A DNA stretch of 61,668 nt, the filler included. It is 4 parts of 4 records of this genome, joined end to end, with 100 filler letters (N's around TTAATTAATTAA, not from the genome) between each part and the next. Parts side by side here need not be neighbours in the genome. Positions count along the whole stretch, not along the records: positions 17,317 to 33,353 come from SRR20825006_1634; 3 more parts are not named here. One strand, given 5' to 3'. This document shows positions 19,201 through 30,195 of the stretch, in pieces. Position numbers and translations under genes: made by a program. Numbering within the stretch: the stretch's first letter is position 1; each line of letters opens with the position of its first letter. Under the pieces are notes generated by a model. It saw only the letters and a list, made by a program, of their open reading frames with translations, was not told the DNA's origin and searched no databases.

Positions 19201-19923
19201 ATGCAACTCACGTCAAAAATCTCTGGTCTTTTTGTGGGCAAACCTCAACAAAGATGGGAAGGCAAGCCGCCCAGCGCCATCAGCAAAAAGCAGGTGGACG
19301 CGCCGTTGGAACTCACGAAAACAGGGTTCACAACGGATGAGCAGGCGGACAAGAAAGTGCATGGCGGGCCCGAAAAAGCAGTGCACCATTATCCGGCTGA
19401 ACATTATGAGTTTTGGCGCGCGCAAGGTTTGGATACGTCTTTTGAGTTCACGCCCGGCGCATTTGGTGAGAACATCTCAACCAGCGGTCTAACCGAAGAA
19501 CTTGTATGCATTGGCGACATTTTCCAATTGGGCACCGCACGTGTGCAGATCAACCAAGGTCGGCAGCCCTGTTGGAAATTGAACATGCATACTGATTTCA
19601 AAATGATGGCGCTGGAATTGCAAAAATCGGGCCGAACAGGCTGGTATTATCGCGTGCTCACACCCGGCACTGTGGCCATGGGCGATGAGTTGCGCTTGGT
19701 TGAGCGTTTGCATGAAGGTTGGCCGTTGGCCAAAGTGATTGCTGCGCGATTTGACAAAAACCTATCTGCGGAAACAGCCGCCCAACTCGCCGCGATTGAA
19801 GCAATGGCAGAGGGTTGGCGCAAATATTTCGCCAAAAAAGCAGGTGGCAATTTTGTTGAGGATCAAACTTCCCGCCTTGTTGGGCCGACGGGTGACGCAG
19901 ATCGGAAAGCCGAGCCAGCCTAG
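19201..19923 (+). CDS. MOSC domain protein (YiiM family, 3-alpha domain)
   Basis: HGGPEKAVHHY; GAFGENI; VCIGD; QGRQPCWKL; GRTGWYYRVL. Confidence 0.92.
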   Translation: MQLTSKISGLFVGKPQQRWEGKPPSAISKKQVDAPLELTKTGFTTDEQADKKVHGGPEKAVHHYPAEHYEFWRAQGLDTSFEFTPGAFGENISTSGLTEELVCIGDIFQLGTARVQINQGRQPCWKLNMHTDFKMMALELQKSGRTGWYYRVLTPGTVAMGDELRLVERLHEGWPLAKVIAARFDKNLSAETAAQLAAIEAMAEGWRKYFAKKAGGNFVEDQTSRLVGPTGDADRKAEPA

Positions 19924-20004
19924 CCGAACAAATCATCGCTGATTGTCGTGTAGCTGTCATCTGTTCATGCCAGCCTTAGCTGGTGTCAGCATAAGGAGGC
20001 ACAA

Positions 20005-20409
20005 ATGACTGTAACGATCTATCACAATCCCAATTGTGGCACCTCACGCAATGTGCTGGAAATGATCCGCCGTTCCGGTGAAGAACCAACCATTATCCAT
20101 TATCTAGAAACCCCGCCCACCCGGGAAGAGCTGGAAATGTTGTTGGTGCAGATGAAAATCTCAGCGCGGGAATTGCTGCGCCAAAAGGGCACGCCATTTG
20201 ACGAGTTGGGCCTTGCCGATCAAACATTGACCGAAGATCAATTGATTGATGCCATGATGATGCATCCGATTTTGATCAATCGACCCATCGTGGTGACAGA
20301 TAAGGGCGCTGCCTTATGTCGCCCGTCCGAAGTGGTGTTGACCTTGCTGAACACGCCATTGGCAGGCGCGTTCACCAAAGAAGATGGGCAAGTGGTGCGG
20401 GCGGGATAA
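20005..20409 (+). CDS. arsC: Arsenate reductase (glutaredoxin-dependent)
   Basis: IYHNPNCGTSRN; HPILINRPIVVT; LCRPSE; AGGAGG RBS. Confidence 0.92.
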   Translation: MTVTIYHNPNCGTSRNVLEMIRRSGEEPTIIHYLETPPTREELEMLLVQMKISARELLRQKGTPFDELGLADQTLTEDQLIDAMMMHPILINRPIVVTDKGAALCRPSEVVLTLLNTPLAGAFTKEDGQVVRAG

Positions 20410-20419
20410 AAACGCCGCT

Positions 20420-20980
20420 CTAAACCATCAAATTATAATGGCCGAGGGCGGGGCCAACCTCGTCCTCTTCATAGCCAAAATGCGACAGCAGCAATTTTTC
20501 CAGCTTTTCATGCGCCTCAACGGTGCGTTCAAACTGCTCATCGCTCGGATCATCAATCAGCTTTGCGGCCTCATCCGACAATTGCACCAGCAGCGCATGA
20601 ACCACTTCATGTTCCTCACGCAATCGTTTCACCACCTTATCTAGTGCTGCCATGCGTCCCTCTAATGCAGGGAACATATGCATATCTTCGATCTGGTGAT
20701 GACCATTGACCATCTGGCAGTGTTGGCCGCACAGATTGCCGAAAATCTGATAATTCTGGAAAATCGGATTATCCTTAATCTGCGCGTGAAATTCGGAGGC
20801 ACTGGTGTCGCCCGTGCGCACGCCCTCAAGCAAAGTGCGCATCATGCGCATATTGCGGCGATGATGCTCATGAATGGCGCGCAGATGCCGCATAGGCTGC
20901 TTTTCATGCTCAGAAAGCGGGCCAAAATCAGGAGCCTTGGGGCGGGTCGAATCGTCGGGGATGATAATTTCTTTGTCCAT
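20420..20980 (-). CDS. Hemerythrin-like (HHE) domain protein
   Basis: H...HHQIEDMHMFP...EEH...HFGYEE pattern; start placed at MDKEII. Confidence 0.8.
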   Translation of the reverse strand: MDKEIIIPDDSTRPKAPDFGPLSEHEKQPMRHLRAIHEHHRRNMRMMRTLLEGVRTGDTSASEFHAQIKDNPIFQNYQIFGNLCGQHCQMVNGHHQIEDMHMFPALEGRMAALDKVVKRLREEHEVVHALLVQLSDEAAKLIDDPSDEQFERTVEAHEKLEKLLLSHFGYEEDEVGPALGHYNLMV

Positions 20981-21060
20981 GGGCGCGTTATACCAAACTG
21001 AAAAGACAAAAAGAGACCGAACTTTGCGGCAAACTGTTCCAGTTATTTGAACAATGTTCG

Positions 21061-22206
21061 CTAACTGGCTTGATTGATCAGTTGCGAATAGATTTCCGGA
21101 TCTGTTGCGCCTTCCGTGCCGATGAGCATTACACGGGAAGTTTGAGAGAGGTCCAAGGCATCTCGCAAGTCCTGATCTTGCGCACATGCCAGCAGGGCGG
21201 CAATGCCAGCCACAGCAGATTCGCCGGCGGTGATGGCTTTGTCGCCAAACGGACTTTGCGCCAGCAATTGCATGGCCGGGGCCACAAGCGGATCAGCCAT
21301 GGTGATGAAATCCGCCACGCAATGTTGCAAAATTGGCCAGGCAAGTTCAGATACTTCCCCACAAGAAAGACCCGCCATCAGCGTTTCATGCTCGACACTC
21401 ACCGTGCGCGGCCGCCCCGCCTTGGCGCTTTCGTACAAGCAGGGGGCAAAGGCAGGCTCCACCACAATAAAGCGCGGCGCGTTTGCACCATATTCAGCGA
21501 CATATCGCGCGATTACTGCCGCCGCCAAACCACCAACGCCACCTTGCAGAAAAATGTGTGTTGGGGGAAGGGGGCTCTGGTCAATGGCCTCATGCGCCAT
21601 AACGCTATAGCCATCCATCACCAGTTTGGGCATTTCCTGATAGCCGGGCCATGATGTGTCTGACACAACATGCCAGCCATTGGCAGCAGCATCTTCGGCG
21701 CAGGCCCGCACACTGTCGTCATAATTCCCATCAATGCGCACCACGCGGGCGCCCAGCTCGTTTAACGCCGCTTCGCGGCCCTTGCTGACTTCTTTGTGGA
21801 TATAGATCACCGCCTGCGCACCCACATTCTTTGCGCCCCACGCGACGGACCGTCCATGATTGCCATCGGTGGCACTGGCGACAGTGATTTGGTTGCTGCC
21901 CAGCTTCTCCACCAAACGCGACACGGCATACGCGCCGCCCAGCGCTTTAAAGCTACCCAACCCAAAGCGGGTGCCTTCATCCTTATAGAGAATGCGCTCT
22001 ACGCCAATTGCGCTCGCCAGCCCAGCCAGTTCAACCAGTGGCGTTGGCGCAAAGTTTGGCCAAGCACTGATGGTTTCATAGGCCTTGGCAAAGCCTTCCT
22101 GATCAAACACCGCATCGCAATGCTGTTGGAAGTGCGCAGGCGAGGCAATCAATTTATTGGCATGGTGCGATAAATGATCGGCGGAGAATTTGGAAAGTGA
22201 AGACAT
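21061..22206 (-). CDS. dpaL: Diaminopropionate ammonia-lyase (PLP-dependent)
   Basis: KDEGTRFGLGSFKALGG; ATDGNHGRSVAW; VSDTSWPGY; MAGLSCGE; TEGATDP. Confidence 0.9.
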   Translation of the reverse strand: MSSLSKFSADHLSHHANKLIASPAHFQQHCDAVFDQEGFAKAYETISAWPNFAPTPLVELAGLASAIGVERILYKDEGTRFGLGSFKALGGAYAVSRLVEKLGSNQITVASATDGNHGRSVAWGAKNVGAQAVIYIHKEVSKGREAALNELGARVVRIDGNYDDSVRACAEDAAANGWHVVSDTSWPGYQEMPKLVMDGYSVMAHEAIDQSPLPPTHIFLQGGVGGLAAAVIARYVAEYGANAPRFIVVEPAFAPCLYESAKAGRPRTVSVEHETLMAGLSCGEVSELAWPILQHCVADFITMADPLVAPAMQLLAQSPFGDKAITAGESAVAGIAALLACAQDQDLRDALDLSQTSRVMLIGTEGATDPEIYSQLINQAS

Positions 22207-22269
22207 AGGGAGCCTGAAAAATAGAAGGTAGGAACTTAAGACTATCCCAGCGAATATTTTAGGCAAGCC

Positions 22270-23836
<1,567 letters not shown>

Positions 23837-23850
<14 letters not shown>

Positions 23851-24697
23851 TGATGCCTCCGGCTTTGCTCAATTTCGGATCCATCTGATCGCGCAACCCA
23901 TCGCCCATCAGATTGAGCGCCATCACAAAAATGATGATGGTGAGACCCGGCCACACCGCCTGCATCGGATAGGCCAAGAAAAAGCTCTGCGCCTCTTTCA
24001 GCATCAAGCCAAGGCTGGTTTCCGGCGGCTGGGTGCCTAGGCCGATGTAAGAAAGTCCGGCTTCAGCCAGAATGCCCAAAGACAATTGGATGGTCGCCTG
24101 CACGATCAACAGGCTCAAAATGTTGGGTAACACATGCCGCACGGAAATCTGCCACACTTTCAGCCCGGAAAGGCGGGCCGCGTCCACATAGTCGAGCGTC
24201 CAGATTGAGAGGGCGCCACCGCGCGCCACCCGCGCAAAGACTGGGATATTGAAAATGCCTATAGCGATCATGGCATTGATGGCGCTGGGGCCAAACAGTG
24301 TGGTGATGATGATCGCAGTGATGATGGCAGGGAAGGCGAACACAAAATCGTTGAACCGCAGGATCAATCGCTCCAACCATCCGCCATGACCCGCGGCCAA
24401 CAGGCCGAGCGGCACGCCAACCACCATGCCGATGCCCACGGCCAAAACCGCCACCCGCAAACTGGTCAGCGCCCCCGCCATCAGCATGGAGAAGATGTCC
24501 CGCCCGAAAAAGTCGGTACCCAAAAAATGCTCAAGGGAAGGAGAACCAAAACGTGCGGCGATGTTCACGCCATCGGTCGGATGTGGTGTCCACACCAGCG
24601 ACAGGAGGGCCAGTACGATCAGAACCGCGCTCAGCACAAAGCCGATGGCAAAGCTGGGGTGTCGGAAATTGCTGGCAAATTGCTTAAACATGCGCAT
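23837..24697 (-). CDS. Dpp/Opp ABC transporter permease (DppC-like)
   Basis: HFLGTDFFGRD; EAGLSYIGLG; NLMGDGLRD. Confidence 0.93.
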
Positions 24698-25650
24698 CAG
24701 TTGCCCGCCCGCTTTTTCAAGCGCGGGTCAACCAGCGCATAAAGCAAATCCACCAGAAACATGATGATGACAACCAAGCCCACCAGCACCAGCAAGGCAC
24801 TGCGCACCACGAACAGATCGCGGGCGGAAATAGCGGTGAATATCAACCGGCCAAGACCGGGCAGATAAAACACATTTTCAACAATGATGGTGCCAGCAAT
24901 CAGAAAGGCGAATTGCAGGCCCATGATGGTCATGACCGGCAAGAGGGCATTGCGCACCCCATGCCGCCACAAAGCCTGATTTTTGCTCAAGCCCTTGGCG
25001 CGGGCGGTGCGGATAAAATCCTGTCGCGCTACATCCACCAGTGAGGTGCGCATCACCCGCGCCAAAATTGCCGCTTGCGGCAAGGCGAGGGCGATGGTGG
25101 GCAGGATCAAGGCACGGAAAGCAGCGGCTGGGTTTTCCGCCCATGGTACAAACCCGCCGGGGGGTAGCCATTTGAGCGTGACCGCAAACACAACCACCAA
25201 CAGCATTGCAAACCAGAAATTGGGGATAGCGATCCCGATTTGCGCCAAACCCATCAGGCCCGCATCTCCAATTTTGCCCTGATTCTGCGCGGCAAAAATG
25301 CCCAAGGGCAGGCCGATCAAAGTGGACAGCACCAGGGCGCCAAAGGCCAGCGGTAGGCTAAGCTGCATCCGTTCCAAAATCAGTTCAGCGATAGGGGCGC
25401 GCTGGCTGGCACTGATGCCCAAATCGCCGGTGAAAAGCCCCATGAGCCATTGGCCAAAGCGCACCAGTGCGGGCTGATCCAGGCCCAATTGTTGGCGCAG
25501 GGCGTTCAACGCTTCGTCAGACGCATTGATCCCCAGCATGAACCGCGCGGGATCACCGGGCAACACATCCAGCAGAAAAAAAATGAGCGCCGCAGCGACC
25601 AACAAGGTCAGTGCGACACCCAATATTCTTTGTATCAAATAGCCAACCAT
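24697..25650 (-). CDS. Dpp/Opp ABC transporter permease (DppB-like)
   Basis: LPGDPA; DFIRTARAKGL; VENVFYLPGLG; DLLYALVDPR. Confidence 0.93.
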   Translation of the reverse strand: MVGYLIQRILGVALTLLVAAALIFFLLDVLPGDPARFMLGINASDEALNALRQQLGLDQPALVRFGQWLMGLFTGDLGISASQRAPIAELILERMQLSLPLAFGALVLSTLIGLPLGIFAAQNQGKIGDAGLMGLAQIGIAIPNFWFAMLLVVVFAVTLKWLPPGGFVPWAENPAAAFRALILPTIALALPQAAILARVMRTSLVDVARQDFIRTARAKGLSKNQALWRHGVRNALLPVMTIMGLQFAFLIAGTIIVENVFYLPGLGRLIFTAISARDLFVVRSALLVLVGLVVIIMFLVDLLYALVDPRLKKRAGN

Positions 25651-25706
25651 GGGCGTATCGGGCTGATTTTGCCCGGCTTTGTCAAGCGCAACTTACCCGG
25701 TGTGGA

Positions 25707-27182
25707 TCAGTTGGTCCATTTCACTTGTGTCAGATCATTACCCTCAACCGGTGAGTTGGGCCACATGCCAGTAAGGCGGGCATCCCATACGCCGGTTTTG
25801 GCCAATTGGAACAAATAGCCATTCACTGCATCGTCAGCCAAAATCGTCTCTGCTGCCGCCGCGAGGGCTTTGCGATCATCCTCATCATTGGTGATGTTGA
25901 GTTTTTCGATCAGGGCTTGGAACACCACATTGTCATATTGGAAATAATAGTCAGGATTGGCGTAAATCCCGATATCAAAAGGCTCCACATGGCTGACAAT
26001 GGTCAGGTCATAATCTTTCTTGGTGAACACATCTTCCAGCCACTGTGCCCATTCCACATTGACCAATTCCAGCTCAATGCCGATTTCACGCAACTGTGCT
26101 GCCAAAATCTGGCCGCCGCGACGCGCATAAGTTGGCGGTGGCAATTTCAACGTGGCCTTAAAGCCATTCTCATAGCCCGCCGCCGCCAGCAACTCTTTCG
26201 CTTTCGCCACATCATGCGGATAGGTGCTGAGCAAATCCACATAATAAGGATGGTGCGGTGCGAAATGGGTACCGATTGGCGTGCCATAACCAAACATCGC
26301 GCCATCGATAATCGCTTGACGATCAATCACATGGGCAATGGCCTGACGCACGCGCAAATCGTTGAACGGTTCGGCCTTGTTGTTGGTGGCCAAGATGGTC
26401 TCACCCTCAGTGGAGCCAACCACCACATTAAAGCGCGGGTCAGCTTCAAATATTTCTAATGTTTCTGGCGCTGGGAAATTGGCAAAGCCATCCAACTCAC
26501 CCGCCAACATGGCATTTTGTGCCGCGTTCGGGTCTGAAATGAAGGTGAAGATGGCACGGTCCAGATAGACATCATCGCCGACATAATCTGGGTTCTTTTC
26601 CAAGATCACTTTTGAGCCCTGCTGCCAATCCACAAATTTGAATGGCCCAGTGCCAACAGGATTAGTTTGGTTGGTCTCAGCGCTTTCAGGCGCCACAATC
26701 ACCGCATCTCCGCGACCAAGATTGAATAGAAAGTCACCTTGTGGATTTGCGATTTCGATGGCGATCTTGTTGGGGGCCAAAACTTCAACATTGGTAATAG
26801 GCGCAAAGATGCCCTTTTGCGCGTTCACACTGTCTTCAGCGCGGGCGCGATCTAGGCTGAATTTCACATCGTCCGCATCAAAACTGGTGCCATCATGGAA
26901 GGTCACGCCTTCTTTCAGGGTAAACTCGTAGCGCGTACCATCTTCTGAAATGGTCCAGTCGGTCGCCAAAGAGGGCAACACGGCACCATTCTCGTCAATG
27001 CGGGTGAGGCCCTCAAACAAATTGGCATAGACCACTTCGTCAATCGCGGCAGCAGCGCCTGCTGTCGGATCAAGATGAGGCGGCTCAAGCACCATCCCAA
27101 GGCGAAGTTCATCAGCTAATGCAGTTGAAGAAAACAAGGTTGCGGCCATCAAGCCCGCAAGGTGAAGCGCAGAATTTTTCAC
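25707..27182 (-). CDS. Family 5 (Dpp/Opp/NikA-like) extracellular solute-binding protein
   Basis: Signal peptide; LFEGL; VTFHDG; PVGTGPF; RVRQAI; GTG start at 27182 with GGGAG RBS. Confidence 0.92.
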   Translation of the reverse strand: MKNSALHLAGLMAATLFSSTALADELRLGMVLEPPHLDPTAGAAAAIDEVVYANLFEGLTRIDENGAVLPSLATDWTISEDGTRYEFTLKEGVTFHDGTSFDADDVKFSLDRARAEDSVNAQKGIFAPITNVEVLAPNKIAIEIANPQGDFLFNLGRGDAVIVAPESAETNQTNPVGTGPFKFVDWQQGSKVILEKNPDYVGDDVYLDRAIFTFISDPNAAQNAMLAGELDGFANFPAPETLEIFEADPRFNVVVGSTEGETILATNNKAEPFNDLRVRQAIAHVIDRQAIIDGAMFGYGTPIGTHFAPHHPYYVDLLSTYPHDVAKAKELLAAAGYENGFKATLKLPPPTYARRGGQILAAQLREIGIELELVNVEWAQWLEDVFTKKDYDLTIVSHVEPFDIGIYANPDYYFQYDNVVFQALIEKLNITNDEDDRKALAAAAETILADDAVNGYLFQLAKTGVWDARLTGMWPNSPVEGNDLTQVKWTN

Positions 27183-27260
27183 GGATATTCGCTCCCAATG
27201 ATTTTTTTCTCTTTTATATGAGAACAAGGCGCAATGAAAAGGGAGCAAAAGAAGAATTAT

Positions 27261-27276
27261 TTGACCGTTCGGTGAA
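27261..27276. promoter_or_regulatory. RutR/TetR-like operator upstream of the Dpp-dpaL operon
   Basis: TTGACC-GTTC-GGTGAA, one mismatch to TTGACC-N4-GGTCAA, about 80 nt upstream of the SBP start. Confidence 0.45.
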
Positions 27277-27290
27277 TTGATGAACGGTGA

Positions 27291-28913
27291 TCAGCTATGA
27301 TTGCCTTGCAACCGACCGCCCAAAATCGCCGGAACAAGGGCGATTGCAACGATCAACAGTGCGGGCACAGCCGCCGCTTCAAAGTTCTCAAGGCTGGCCT
27401 CGGCATAAACGAAAGTTGATAGGGTTTCCAAGCCAATCGGGCGCAGCAACAAGGTTGCGGGCAGCTCTTTGATGCATTCCACGAACACCAAAGTCATCGC
27501 CGCCACAAGCGCTGGACGCAAGGTTGGCAAGTCAATTTCAATCAAAGTGCGCCACTTGCTAGCGCCTAAAATATGGCTCGCATCAAGCAGGTTGAGGCCA
27601 CGCTTTTTCATAGCGGCTTCGATATTGTTGTGGCTAACGGTCAAAAAGCGCACGGTATAGGCATAAAGAATGGCGATAGGCGACCCCGAAAGGATCAGCC
27701 CAACGGTTACGCCCCAAATGGCGCGCGTACCATCATTGATCAACCCATCCATAAACCCCAACGGCACCAAAATGCCGATGGCCAAAATGGTGCCTGGCAC
27801 CGCATAGCCGAAAGTGGCGAGGAATGACCAACCGCCGCGGCCATCGCGATTGATCATTTTGCGGGCCGTGAAATAGCCGATGGACACGCACAACAATGCG
27901 CCGCCCGCGGCCAACATGATGGTGTTGATAAAGGCAGGCCAAATGGCAGGACGCAGCGCGCCGCGCATCACACGGTTGATGGAAGTGGACAGCAATTCCA
28001 ATACCGGAACGCCAAACCCAAGAAACACAATGCCCGCACAAAAGGCGGTGACCAGCAGGCCGACTGGCAAGCTGAGCTTGATAAGTGAGGGTGGCACACG
28101 AGAATCGCGCCGGGTCAGATAATCACGGCGGCGGCGGGCATATTGCTCAAGCCATATCAGCGTGCCGATCAGCAAAATAGCCGTCAGTGCCAATTGTGCC
28201 GCGCCGGGAAGATTGGAACGGTTTAGCCAAGTTGTGTAGACAATCTTTGTGATGGAATTGACGCCGAAAAACTCTACCGCGCCCACATCGTTCAGCACTT
28301 CCATAAGCGCCAAAGTGACACCGACAATTAGGGCCGGGCGGGAGAGTGGTAAAATGATCGAAAAGAAAGTCCGCCATGCATTGGCGCCAAGCGCCCGGCT
28401 GGCGGCTACCAAGGCGCCAGACTGCATCAAGAAGAAGGCGCGGCAGCTCAAATAAACGTATGGATAGAGCACAAGGCTCATCACAATCGCAGCGCCCTCG
28501 AGCGAGCGAATGTCTGGGAACCAATATTCACGGATCGTTTTGGCCCCAGTGGCCGCGCGGATTGCCGTTTGAATGGGGCCAGTGAATTCCATTACCTCCA
28601 CCCAGGCATAGGCAGAGATGTAGGTGGGAACGGCTAAGGGCAGAATGAAAGCCCATTGGAAAAATTTGCGTCCGGGAAACTCAAAGGACGAAACTAACCA
28701 TGCACTCAAAAGCCCAACAATGGCGGTGAACACACCAACAAAAAGCAGCAAAAGGCCCGTTTCGGTGAGCGCGACAGGCAACATGCGCGAGAAAAGGCCG
28801 CCTTCTAAACTGAAGCGACCAAGCGCCAGAAAAGCAAGGGCAAGCACAGGCAGCGCCATCAAAAAGATGATCACCAACTGAACGAAAGAAAGGCGCGAAA
28901 ACGCGCCTTTCAA
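27291..28913 (-). CDS. Fe3+ ABC transporter permease (FbpB/SfuB-like)
   Basis: FEFPGR; LPLAVPTY; LSRPA; GYAVPGT; KELPATLLLRP. Confidence 0.92.
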   Translation of the reverse strand: MKGAFSRLSFVQLVIIFLMALPVLALAFLALGRFSLEGGLFSRMLPVALTETGLLLLFVGVFTAIVGLLSAWLVSSFEFPGRKFFQWAFILPLAVPTYISAYAWVEVMEFTGPIQTAIRAATGAKTIREYWFPDIRSLEGAAIVMSLVLYPYVYLSCRAFFLMQSGALVAASRALGANAWRTFFSIILPLSRPALIVGVTLALMEVLNDVGAVEFFGVNSITKIVYTTWLNRSNLPGAAQLALTAILLIGTLIWLEQYARRRRDYLTRRDSRVPPSLIKLSLPVGLLVTAFCAGIVFLGFGVPVLELLSTSINRVMRGALRPAIWPAFINTIMLAAGGALLCVSIGYFTARKMINRDGRGGWSFLATFGYAVPGTILAIGILVPLGFMDGLINDGTRAIWGVTVGLILSGSPIAILYAYTVRFLTVSHNNIEAAMKKRGLNLLDASHILGASKWRTLIEIDLPTLRPALVAAMTLVFVECIKELPATLLLRPIGLETLSTFVYAEASLENFEAAAVPALLIVAIALVPAILGGRLQGNHS

Positions 28914-28958
28914 TAAACTCGAACTTTGGTTGTCGATACCTTTAATAGGTCAACCCCA

Positions 28959-29984
28959 TTAGTTTTGCGGACCTTCGTCAAATTTGACTTCGTCCACCAA
29001 TTTGCTTGCTTCATCGCGTTTATCCGCAATTTCAGCCAGTGGCAAGGAATCCGCTTTCAGTTCGCCCCAGCTTTGCACCAGATCAGAAGCTTCAACACCT
29101 GGCATAATTGGGAATTCGAAGTTTGTTTCAGCATAGATAGCCTGCGCTTCGTCTGAAAGCAAAAATTCGATGAACTGTTTTGCTGCTTCTTCATGCGGCG
29201 CGTTTTTGGCCAACACAACACCTGAAACATTCACGTGGGTTTTGCTCTGCTCCGCATCTGGGTACACCAAACGCACAGATGCTGCCCATTCTTTTTGCTC
29301 AGGCTCTGCATCATTGGTCAGCATTTTGCCCATATAATAGGTGTTACCGATCGCCAGATCACACTCGCCTGAATAAATGGCTTGCACTTGCGCGCGGTCA
29401 TTACCTGTTGGCTTGCGAGCAAGATTGTCGCGCACGCCTTCGAGCCATTCTTTGGTGGCTTCTTCGCCATTATTGGCGATTTGGCTGGCCACAAGACCGA
29501 TGGAGTAAGAATGTTGGCCAGAGCGTGTGCAGATACGACCTGCCCATTCTTCCTTGGTCAAATCAGCGTAAGATAGGTTTTCCGCATCCACGCGATCTTT
29601 AGACACATAAAACACGCGTGCCCGTGCAGTAAGCGCAACCCATGCGCCATCTGGATCTACAAAGTTTGCAGGCACATCAGCAGTAATGTCTTCAGAGATA
29701 GGTTGCCAAATGCCAGCTTTTTTAGCGGCGTCCAAACGGCCAATATCAACCGTCATCACCACGTCAGCAGGCGAGTTTTCACCCTCAGATGCCACGCGAT
29801 CCACAACGCCATCTTTCACAAACAACACGTTGGTTCTGATGCCGGTCTTTTCTTCAAAAGCAGCGGTGAGAGGCGCCAACAATTCTGGCTGCCGCAAGCT
29901 ATAGATGTTGATCTCATCGGCGCTCACATTAGTGGCGCTGAAAGCTGTGGCGCCAAGAGTGGCGAGAAGAAGTGCTTTTTTCAT
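28959..29984 (-). CDS. Fe3+ ABC transporter substrate-binding protein (FutA/FbpA-like)
   Basis: Signal peptide; EGENSPADV; ICTRSGQHSY; GNDRAQ; GNTYYMG iron-binding Tyr pair. Confidence 0.92.
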   Translation of the reverse strand: MKKALLLATLGATAFSATNVSADEINIYSLRQPELLAPLTAAFEEKTGIRTNVLFVKDGVVDRVASEGENSPADVVMTVDIGRLDAAKKAGIWQPISEDITADVPANFVDPDGAWVALTARARVFYVSKDRVDAENLSYADLTKEEWAGRICTRSGQHSYSIGLVASQIANNGEEATKEWLEGVRDNLARKPTGNDRAQVQAIYSGECDLAIGNTYYMGKMLTNDAEPEQKEWAASVRLVYPDAEQSKTHVNVSGVVLAKNAPHEEAAKQFIEFLLSDEAQAIYAETNFEFPIMPGVEASDLVQSWGELKADSLPLAEIADKRDEASKLVDEVKFDEGPQN

Positions 29985-30103
29985 TTTATAATTCGCTCCT
30001 GTTTTCCCGGGGTTAAGGCCCGTCGGTTGCGTCGGTTTTGCGCAAAGTTTGCTGAAGAGTCAATCAAGACATAGGGCGGGAAAATGCCGAAGAATGGGCG
30101 TTT

Positions 30104-30120
30104 TTTACAACCATTCTAAA
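30104..30120. promoter_or_regulatory. Irr-type iron control element (ICE)
   Basis: TTTACAA-CCA-TTCTAAA, one mismatch to TTTAGAA-N3-TTCTAAA, 120 nt upstream of the iron SBP. Confidence 0.6.
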
Positions 30121-30195
30121 CTGGAGCGAAAACCTCCATATTTTCTGGTTTTCCGAGATCAAAGCGCTCACATGCAGGTGTGGCGGTTTGTCGCA

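Noticed and set aside
20005-20409. Arsenic resistance island
   Set aside because: arsC is alone; no arsR, arsB/acr3 or mobility genes are nearby.
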